A program made the translations under genes and the position numbers. 64,000 nt of DNA from an uncultured Planctomycetota bacterium (GTDB taxonomy: Bacteria > Planctomycetota > Planctomycetia > Isosphaerales > Isosphaeraceae), in NCBI GenBank assembly GCA_963823665.1, contig CAWGMQ010000004.1, positions 1,216,001 through 1,280,000 on the forward strand, in the 5' to 3' direction. Of this stretch, positions 22,124 through 31,869 are shown piece by piece. A model generated the notes under the pieces. The model saw only the letters and a list, made by a program, of their open reading frames with translations. It was not told where the DNA came from and ran no database searches. Each line of letters starts with the position of its first letter. Position 1 is the stretch's first letter.

Positions 22124-22270
22124 TCACGGTCGTGCCATCAAGAGCGAAACAACCCGTCCTTCGAGGGCTTCGAGCGCCGGCCGCCAGCGGTTGCCATGAG
22201 TTCGCCGCTTCCGACGCCAATCTCGATCGTCGCGGGTCGTAAGCTGACGGCTGTTCAATTGATACAACAT
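22124..22270 (-). pseudogene. 48-aa ORF consisting only of a LEPR-XLL-like export N-terminus (truncated gene or micro-protein)
   Basis: Translated by hand: MLYQLNSRQLTTRDDRDWRRKRRTHGNRWRPALEALEGRVVSLLMARP*; AGGA upstream; lies just downstream of promoter copy 2. Confidence 0.6.
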
Positions 22271-22342
22271 TGCGGATGTGTCCTGAGATGGTGCCGCCTG
22301 CGAAAGCGAGGAGACGCGTATCGGACAGCCGATTCAGGACAC

Positions 22343-22389
22343 AATGCGACGTGCCGAGGCGGGATGTGCCACGACGACCGATTTTTTTT
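22343..22389 (-). promoter_or_regulatory. Putative ECF-dependent promoter, copy 2
   Basis: Minus strand A8-N8-CGTGGCACA-N14-GTCGCATT. Confidence 0.7.
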
Positions 22390-22460
22390 GGCGGGAGCGG
22401 ATCCGAGCAAGGGAACCTGAACGCCGGCGCAACCTCGCTTACCTTCGAAGCCACTCGACT

Positions 22461-25400
22461 TTAGCGCGACCTGCGCAAACGATGCACTCGCTCCGAATCG
22501 AACAGGGAATCGACGGCCAATGCCGACAACGGCATCACGCGCATTTTCAATTCCACCCGGGCGCTAGCGATCTCTGACTTGTTCAGCGTCGCCGCGAAGT
22601 TGCCGCCGGGCGCGCCGTCGTCATTGCCATCAAGAGCGCGCCCGTACGAGTCCGTCAGATCGGCTGCGGTGATTCGCAGTTGCTCGGGCCCGGCAAGGTT
22701 GAACTGGCTCTTAGGTGCAAGAGTGACGGTGAGGGTCGACGGATTATAAACGGCCGACTCGAGCGGCACAGGTTTCTTGAAAGTCGTGACGTGTTTCTTC
22801 GTCGTGCCCGACAGAACCTCATAGGCGGCGAGATTGCCTGCGCCGCTCAAAGACCCGCTGAACTGAACTTCGAGCACTTTCTCTGCCTTCGTCTTGACCT
22901 TCTTGCCTTTGCCGACCTTCACCTTCATCGTCGCGAATTGAACCGACGTGACGGTTACCGGTGGCGGGATTGCGATCACCTGGGTCGTCGCCTCCGCCGC
23001 GGTCGGCGTCGATTGGATATGGCCCACGTTGTCGGTCGCCACGCTGTAGAAGGCATAGGTGTGGCCGGTGATGCCAGGGAAGGCGACCGAAGCCGTATAG
23101 CTTGATCCCGCGCCGAGCTCGGCAGAAATGCCCGCTTGGAAGAGCTTGAATGGACCGCCGTCGTCGGAGACGTAGAGGGCGAACGAGGCGATTCCTGAAC
23201 CGTGGGGGTCGTCGGCGCCCGTCATGTTCACGGTGAAGCTGTTCGACGTGGTCAAAAGGGGAAGCGGGCTGACGCTGCTCGTGGGTGGGCCGGTGTCGAT
23301 TGTGTTAGTCGCGGTCGGCGTGGCGAGCGGCGCGTTGGTGTCGAAGACGACGGAAGCTTGCGCGCTCAACGTCGTGCCCGTCGGATCCGACGCCTTGGGA
23401 TTGATGCTGTACGAAACGTAGGCGTCTCCCATGGGGGGGCTCTTGTCCGGTGGCAGAAAGCCCTCGAGCGAATTGGAGGGCGTGTCGAGCGTGGTGGGGT
23501 CAAGCGATGTGAAGGTCCACGTCACAAGGCCGGTGAGCGGATTGAGATCGGCCGCGATGCTCACCAAGACACCCACGCTGGCGGTTGCATCGACGACCGT
23601 CTGGTAAGAGGTGCGGCCTGGAGGAACTTGCACCGTGATGTTGCCGAAGCCGATGTCGCCGAGCCCGAAGGTGCTCCAGTCGAGGCCCGTGCTCAGTTGC
23701 TCGGTGACGACCGCTTGTTGCACAGGGGCGGTGGCGATGGGTTTATTCTCAAAATCAATGGTGTAGTTGAGCGTCTGGTTCGGCGTCACGAAGCCCTGGG
23801 AACCGTATCCGGCGGGGCCGATCAAGTCGTTGGGGTCGCTGCTGAAAAGACTGGCCAGGTAGGCGTCAAGCTTCTTCACGGCGGGTATCATGCCGATGAG
23901 TTTGCCAATGGAGTAACCGAGCCCTGAGGCGTTTTGGACACCGGAAATGCCCAAGCCTATGGGCCCGGCCAGCCTCCCGGCGGCGCCGAGCGCCCCCCCA
24001 AGTCGGCCTGCAGCGCCGGCGGCAGGTGCGGCGACCGCGCCAGCGGGTATGCGCGGCGGTGGTATTTCCGGCATCGGCGTCCCATGATAAGGATTGAATT
24101 CGCTCCAATACTTTTGCGGTCCGTAGATGTCCTCAAAATCCCAGTCATTGAACCAGACCGATCTCATCACGTAATCCGCGGAGTTGTAGGAGTAAAAACG
24201 ATTGCCGTTCACTGTCGCGCTCCAGAAACCCCCTGACGCGTCTGCATCATAACCAGTGAAAGGAGGCGGTCCGCTGACGGGACCGGACGCCTGGTCGCTA
24301 AGTCCGGAGGGATCAATGAAATCCGTGGGGCTAGCTCCAGCGTAACGGCGAATGTTCGTGTCCCCGCCCGCCAATCCCGATGGATCGTTCGAAGCGAATT
24401 GCCCCGTGGCGGGATCGTAATCGCGGTAACTCATGTGCAAGAGACCACCCGCGCCGGCCGACACGCCGAAATTGCCGATGAACGTGAATGGGTTGGCAAC
24501 CGTGCCGCTCGACGCAAGAAGCGATCCGAACGGGTTGTACGCGTAACTCGCGACAACCGAGCCGGTGGCATTCGTCATATCCGCTGTCGAACCGAGTGCG
24601 TCAAAGTCGTAGTAATAATTGCCGCTCGCAGTCACCTGGCTAACCAGACCAAGGCCGTATGTGTATTGAGCGATCGTGTTGCCGCTGCCGTCGAACGCGC
24701 CCACGACCGTGCCGAGCACGCCGCCGAATCCTGTCGGATCAACGAGGTATTGCGTGGTTTGTCCGTTCGTCGTCACGGAGCTGTGGTTACCGAGCGCGTC
24801 GTATGCATAAATCGTCGTTCCCGTCGGGGTCGTGACGCTGGTGAGCTCGTTGAGCGCGTTATACCTATAGCTGTTCGTGCCGTCGGAAATCAGGTTGCCA
24901 GCCGCGTCGTACGTATCGGTCGTGCCGCCGACGCTCGTGTACTCATTCACGTCGTTGCTGGTGTAGGTCGTGGTCACACCGTTAACAACAGTGCTGGTGC
25001 GATCGCCGGCCGCGTTGTAGGTGTAAGTCTGGTCCTGACTTGGCACGGACGGGTCAGTCGAATCGAGCACGGCCTGAATCAGCTCGCCATCGGGATCGTA
25101 TGTGTACGTCCACTCGCCGTACGAGGTCGTCATCGTTGCCACTTCGCCAACAGCGTTGTAGGTATACACAAAGCTGCTGTTCAAGCTCCCGGCGGGCGCG
25201 AAGTTCAGCACGCTCAGCACATTCCCATCGCCATCGTACGCGTATGTGGTGTACGTCCCATTGCCGTTGTCGGTGCGCGTCAACTCGTCGTCGGCGTTGT
25301 AGGTGTAGGTGACGATCGGGTTGCCGTTCGAATCCGTCAGCCCCGCGAGCTGGCCATCGGCGGTGTACTGGTAGTTGACCGTGTATCCCGTCTGGTCCAC

Positions 25401-28400
25401 CATCTGCGTTCGCCGCCCGGTGGCATCGAGAGTGAACTTGAGGAACTCTCCGTTCGGGTAGCTCACCTCGGTTAGCTCGTCTGCCGCGTTGTAAGTGAAT
25501 GTCGTCGTACCGCTCGCATCGGTCGCGGTGGCGAGGTTGCCGTGGGCATCGTAGGTGTATGTGTACACGGTGCCGTCGGACAAGGTCTCCTGGGTCATCT
25601 GGCCGCTCGCGTTGTAGACTGTGCTCACCGCTTCGCCGTCGGCGCTCACATACGAGATCGGCTCGCCCAGAGGGTTGAAAGTACTCGTCGACGTGGTCCC
25701 GTCGGGGAGCGTTGTCGTAAGCTGGTTGCCGGAGGAATCGTAAGCATACGTGGTCGTGTTGCCGCCTGCGTCGGTCATGGAGGTAATCTGGTTGTCGATG
25801 CCATACGTGTAGCTCGTGGTGTTGCCCGCCGGGTCGGTCACGCTAAGCAGGTTTCCCTCGGCGCTATAAGTGTAACTCTCGGTCTGGCCGAGAGAATTCG
25901 TCACCTGGGTCGGCAGCAGAGTCGCGGGATCGAAATCGATTGATGTGACCTTGCCGAGTGCGTCGACCTCTTTCGCGACCTCGCCAAACTCGTTGTAGTC
26001 GAGCTCGGTCGAGTTGCCGAGCGCATCCGTGACGGTGATCTGGCCGGGCGGCCCGTAAGTGAACGTTTCCTTCTCCGCACCGCCGTTGAGCGCGATGGTG
26101 GCGATGCGTCCCAGTGCGTCGTACGTCAGCACTTGCTGTGTGCCATCGGAGAGCGCGATCGACTGGAGCGCGCCAGCCGTTGGCGTTCCGGTCTGCTCGT
26201 TGTAGGTGTACTGCGTCGTTCCCTGCGGTGTGGTGACGCTCTGGAGGTGCTCTTCGGAAGCGTCGTACGCATAGGTCGCGACCCGCCCGTATGAATCGGT
26301 GACGCTCGATACCAGTCCCGCCGCGTTATAGGCAATCGCTAGGCTCTGACCGGAAGACGCGGTCAGGGTCGTCAAGCGGCCGTTCGAGTCATAGCCCGCG
26401 GTGATGCGATTCCCATTGGTATCTTTCTCGTATTCGAGCGTTCCGCCCGAATTGAAGACCTCGAGCGTGCCATCTTGCTCCTCGAGCTGAAGCCCGCCGC
26501 TGGACAATCTCGTCAATGTTCCAAAGTCGCCCGGCTGGCTCTGAAACGTGCCGCCAGGCAACAGCGTGAACGTGCGAATGGTGCCGGCGTAATCGACCGT
26601 CACGTTGCCAGAGGTGTCGGTACTGGCCACGATATCCCAGTCATCGCTCCAACCGAGTCCGAACGGCCCCAGGGCCTCGCGGCCGCTCAACGGCTGCATG
26701 AACGTGCGTGTGAAGTCGAGCGAAAGGCTGCCGGGCGTTGGAACAGAGGCGTCGGTCTGAGTGCCGAGCGTGGTGATCGGGAGCTCGGCATCGGCATTCA
26801 GGATTTCCTGGCTGAAGAGCGTGTCCACATCGTTCGTACGCTCGCCCAGCATGCCAAGGTACGTAGCAACCGAGTCGAGCGCGGATTGAAGCTGCCCTTC
26901 CGTCGTTCCGATCAAGGACTGGAGATTCGCCACGATCTGGCCCCAGGCTTCAGTCCCTGTGAACGCGGGCGGGCCGTCAGACTGAAAACCAGACCACTCG
27001 ACGTTTTGTGTGGGATCGACCGGACCGACGGAAAGATTGACCCCGGTCGAGCCCGTCAGCGATCCTTCGAGCACGAGCGTCTCGGACCCGCTCGCGCCGG
27101 GGGGCAGAACACCGGCGGGACCGGTCGGGTCAATTCCGAGGAAATCGACCGTGTTGCCGCTGAACGTGTCTTGCGATGCGAGACGCACCTGCACCGCGTC
27201 GGCCGAGAAGACCAGGATCGGCGCGGGGATGTCGGTCGCTCCCGTGTTCGCGTAGGTCACGGTCACTGGAGTTGGAACATTCGCGAATATTCCAACGGGT
27301 AGATTCATGTGGAGCCAGAGATTCCCCGGTGCGGCCGTGTTCACGGTGAACAGGGCCGAGGCCGTCGCATGGCTGCCGGCGCTCGAGGCCTGAACGTGGT
27401 ATGCACCAGGCGCAAGACCGCTCAGGTTAAACGTTGCAAATAGCGTGGAATCGTCCTGATCGATGACCTGACTGGCCGGCGTCGCCGCGCCGCCGATTGG
27501 GCTCACGAGACTGACGCTGGTGCTGGGCGTGAACTTGGAACCGTTCAGTGTGACGGTCGCCTGGCCTTGGTTGCTGTCGGAGGCGGGAGCGAAACTGAAG
27601 ATGCCGAATGACTGCACCGCGGCGGTGAGCGAATAACCAGCGCCCGAGCCCGAGGGCGCGCCGCCGCTCACCATGATGTAATACGTGCCGGTCTGGGTCC
27701 CCGGAATCGCGATCGTCTGTGTGGTCGACGTGGAGTTGAAAGCGTAGTCGTCGTAATCGGACGACGTGGGCTCGGCCTGGTAGAGCGCGAAGAGCCCGGC
27801 TCCGCCTGGGCTGGGCGTTGTGAGCGTCAGCGTCACGGCCGACCCGGCGGCCACGGCTAGCTGGTAGTAGACCTGCTCGCCGCTGCCAATGGTGCCCGAG
27901 ACTGCCGCGCCGGGCACAAGCGCATTGTTCTGCACGCTGATCTCGCTCGATGACGCGAGCACGCCGTTCGCGCGATTCGTGTCCGTGACCTGTCCCTGGC
28001 TGTCGGCGACCACGATCACGCGGTAGCTTCCCGCCGCCACGCCGGGCAGCGCGGCCGTGATCGTGCCTGTGTACGATCCGTCGCCTGCGACCGTGCCGCT
28101 GTGCCCAACACGTCCAATCAGCACGGCCGAGGGCGAGAGCGTGGTCGAGAGATAAACCGAGTCTTGCCAACTCGTCACGTTCGTGCTGCTCGGGTCTTCG
28201 TTCTCGACCGTGTAGGAAACGGTTGTATTCTGGCCGACGACACCGGTGGGCTGCACCATCACATTGGTGACGGCCAGGTTCGAGCCCGCGCCCTGACGAG
28301 TGACCGTAACATCGGTTGCGTTGACCGCGACGGCCAGAAGCTGGCCCGCGCCGGCCGAGGTGCGACTGATTGAGGCGAAGCTACCAGTCTCACCCGCGTC

Positions 28401-31066
28401 GGAGACGATCTGGAACGATTCACCGTTGGCCGGAACGAAACCGTTTGCCAGCGCCAGGCCAAGCGTGCCGCCGAGCGTGATCTGGCCGGTCGCCGTGAGC
28501 GTGCCAAAGTTGCCACTCGAGGAAGCGCCGCCGAACTTGACGTCGAGCGCGGCAGTAGATTCCTCGGTGAGAGCCCCGTTCACCCCCAGTGTCGCCGATG
28601 AGCCGAGGATGATCGTTCCGCTGTTGTCGAGATTGCCGGGCGTGGTGAACGACGCGCCATTCGAGAGCGTCAAGCTGCCGGATTCCGACGACAGAGATCC
28701 GAGCGCGGGAAAGCTGGCTGAAGTGCCGGCGAGAGTGATGTCCGCCTGGTTGGTTGCGATGGTGATGCCGGCGGGGAACAGCAGCGAGCCGCCATTGAGC
28801 AGATTCCAGGTGCCGCCGGTGAGCGTCGTTCCGGTCATCTGGGTGATCGGCGCGTTGGAGGGCGACGAGAAGTCGAGCGTGCCCGAATCGACCTGAACGA
28901 TACCGGTGTTGTTGAAAACCTGGATCGCCAGCGACGTCGTTCCCGTGCCGGCGGTCTTGGCGAAGGTGCCCTCGTTGTTGAGCTGACCGGTATGCAAGCT
29001 GTTGCCGGGCACGTCGCCGACGTCAAATGTGCCATAATTGTTGATCAGAGCATTGTTGAAGGCGAGCGTGCCGCCCGTCCAGTTGATCGTCCCGGCGTTG
29101 TCGAGCTCTCGCGACAGAATCTGGGTGCCGTTCCCGGTCAACGCGAGCGTGCCGCCGGAGGGAATGGTCGTCGTCCCGGTCCCTTGCATCTCGCCGCCGG
29201 TCCAGTCGAGCGTACCGGTGACCGTGAGATCGCCGGTTCCATCGACTGCCCCGTCCATCAAATCCAGCTCAGGCGCGATCAGATTGGTGTCGATCAACAG
29301 GTCGACAAATTCGCCGTCGACGACGAGGCTGCCGGCGCCCTGCCAGGCCGCCCCCGGGCCGATCGTGTAATTCTGTGTGCCGTTGGTGCTGATGTAGACC
29401 AGCGACGATCCTGCGGCAACGTCGAAGATACCGGTGTCGGTCCCGTCGTTGTAGAGCGTGATCGAGCCGGAGTTGATGTTGACGGTGCCCGTGTTATTGA
29501 AAAGGAAGGCAACGAAGCGGCTCGAGCCGGTGCCTGTGGGGCTAGTCTTTTCCAGGGTGCCCGCGTTGTTGACTTGGGGGCCGAACTGTTCGTCATTCTC
29601 GATGCTGAACGTGCCGCCGGAGAGATTGTCGAAGACCCCGCTGCCGCCGACGCCCTCGGTGCCCGACCAGGTTGCGGTCCCCGAGTTCTCCAGCGTGCGG
29701 TTGAGCTCGGGCGAAGCGCCGCGCCGGCAAATTCGAGCGTCGCCCCCGACGGAATCGTCGTCGTTCCGGTGCCTTGCATTGTGCCGCCGGTCCAGTCCAG
29801 TGTGCTGGTGATCGTCAAATCGGCCGTGCCGTCGACGGCTCCGTCCATCAGCTTCAGATCCGGAACGGTGAAATCGGTGTTGACCAGAAGGTCAACAAAT
29901 TGTCCGTCGATGTCCAGGCTGCCGGCGCCCTGCCAGGTGGCTCCCTGGGCGATCGTGTAGTTCTGCGTGCCGTTGGTGCTCGTGAAGTAGAGCGACGCGC
30001 CGGCGGCGACGTTGAATACGCCGGTGTCGGTGCCGTCGTTTTCGAGATCGATCGAGCCGGCATCCACGTCCACCGTGCCGGAGTTGTTGAAGAGGAACGC
30101 AGGGAAGTTGACCAAGCCTGTGCCCGAGGAGCTGGCCTTGACGAGCGTGCCTGCGTTGTTGACTTCCGGATCGAATTCGCCCGCATTGCCCATGGTGACC
30201 GTCGCCCCGGCGAGGTTGTTCAAGACGCCACTCCCCGCGACCCGCTCGGGCCCCGACCAGACGACGGTGCCGGAATTGTTGACCGTGGTGTTGAGCTCGC
30301 TCAAGTTTGAGCTGCTGCCGGAGATGTTCATGGTCGCGCCGGCGGCGACATCGACTGTGCCGGCTCCGGTGAGCGCTCCGCCGGATAATTTGAATGTGCC
30401 GGGGACCGTCAGGGCGTCATTGACTTGAATCGTCCCTTCTTCAAACGTCACGTTCTGGGGAGCGCTCATGCTCGTGTTGAAAACAAGGCTCGTGAAATAG
30501 CCGTTGATGTCGTAGTCACCGCCGCCCGAAAACGACGCACCGGCGTTGAAATCGACGGGGTTCTGGCCGTAGAAGCCCAGGGTGGCTCCGGTGCTGACGC
30601 CCACAGGCCCTGCAATCGACCCGCCGTTAATCACAGACAGCGCACCTTCTTGGACATCAAGACCGGCGCCCGGCGCGAGCATGAGCGAGCCGAAGGAGCT
30701 GTTCGCGGAGCCGGCATTCTCGATCGTGAACGTACCGCCGGTGACGTCGAACGTCTGAAACTGGTTGCCGATGATGCTGTTGACCGAGGCTGACCCGGTG
30801 ACGTCGATCGTCATTTCGCCGCCCAGCTCGATCTGGTCATTGACCCCGGGAATGCCGGGAGCGTTGTTGATTCCCTCCCAGTTGCTCGGAACGTCGAAAT
30901 CTCCCGAGGAGCCCCCGACCCACTGATTGACCGCCAGCAACCGCCGCTGCTCAAGAATCTCCACGCCGAACCGGAGCCGGCGCGCAGCGCGCTTGCGGGT
31001 GGCGCCATGGCGCTCGGGTGTCTTTGCGTTCGCGCGGTGCGTGTCGAAGCGGCCTTCAGGAAACAT
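22461..31066 (-). CDS. Giant (~2,870 aa) exported RHS/YD-repeat protein: LEPR-XLL N-terminus, beta-helix-like passenger, CARDB/PPC/Ig domains, RHS shell and core, internal variable segment, DPND domain, C-terminal Lys-rich domain (frameshift near 29725)
   Basis: RRLRFGVEILEQRRLLA; G/T/N-rich repeats; YxYD..G repeats; RDYDPATGQF..DP and PTDFIDPSGL RHS core; ORFs 29294-31171 and 22461-29297 join across one shift. Confidence 0.88.
29145..30295 (-). repeat. Tandem internal duplication of about 197 aa within the giant protein
   Basis: NDGTDTG.F.VAAG.SL...STNGTQNYTI..GA.WQGAGSL..DG.FVDLL and LMDGAVDGT.DLT.T.TLDWTGG.MQGTGTTTIPSG occur twice; matching sequence at 29341 and 29931. Confidence 0.85.
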
Positions 31067-31257
31067 GGATGTGGGTCCTGTCGGCGTATTGCGGCTCTTC
31101 TCGCAGTCCTCAACCAACGGCGACGAGTGCCTCCAATCGAGGTAAGCGAAGCGAACTTCGAGCTCGGACATCGCCCTGTCGAAAAAAATCCGATTCGTTC
31201 TTGGACGGCGAATCAGTATGATAGGATGGATGCAAAGGACCGGAGAAATCAGCGCAA

Positions 31258-31869
31258 ATGAGCGGCGATACCACCGCAGACGTTCGCGACCTGATCAAAC
31301 GGCTGGAACAGAACGAAGAGTCGGCCCGGCGCGCGCTCCTGGAGCGAGTGCACGAACGACTGAGGCGAATTGCCGCCGCGACACTGCGCAAGGAGTTTCC
31401 CCGGCTGCAAGCCCGGCATGAGCTGGGGAGCATCGTCGACGAGGCGTGGATGCGGCTGCTCCAGACTTTGGAGCAGCACCGGCCGGCGTCTCCGGAAGAC
31501 TTTTACGGGCTGATGTTTCACAAGGTGCGGCAGGTGCTGCTCGACCTGGCGCGGCGGCAGACGCGGGACGACAACCGTTGGCGGCAGCCGGCGCCCGGAG
31601 GGCTCGAATCGGGGACCGCGGCGGCGTTCGACGTCGCCGACTCGAGCCATGATCCGGTCCGGTTAGCGTTCTGGACCGAGTTTCACGATGAGGTGGCTCG
31701 CCTGCCCGATAACCAGCGTACCGTCTTCGACTTTCACTATTTCGCCGGGTTTCCCCAAAGCGAGATTGCGGTGCTGCTGAAGCTCGAGCCGAAGCAGGTG
31801 AGCCGCTTATGGCTATCGGCAACCCGGCGTCTTGCGCAGTGGTTGAGCGAGGTCGAGGAGCTTTCGTGA
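31258..31869 (+). CDS. ECF sigma factor (kinase-associated)
   Basis: RLRRIA, SIVDEAWMRL, RQVLLDLARR, region 4 LPDNQRTVFDFHYFAGFPQSEIAVLL; overlaps the kinase start. Confidence 0.88.
   Translation: MSGDTTADVRDLIKRLEQNEESARRALLERVHERLRRIAAATLRKEFPRLQARHELGSIVDEAWMRLLQTLEQHRPASPEDFYGLMFHKVRQVLLDLARRQTRDDNRWRQPAPGGLESGTAAAFDVADSSHDPVRLAFWTEFHDEVARLPDNQRTVFDFHYFAGFPQSEIAVLLKLEPKQVSRLWLSATRRLAQWLSEVEELS

Noticed and set aside
21260..22389. TGGCAC in the duplicated motif read as sigma54 promoters
   Set aside because: Neither copy has GC exactly 10 nt after the GG; the conserved second box GTCGCATT fits an ECF -10 element better
21917..22460. Immunity gene downstream of the RHS protein
   Set aside because: The listed ORFs here look non-coding; only the promoter and the LEPR stub are supported
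22461..31066. T6SS- or Tc-delivered RHS toxin, or autotransporter
   Set aside because: No PAAR/VgrG or TcB-like parts and no C-terminal beta-barrel; the N-terminus is LEPR-XLL type
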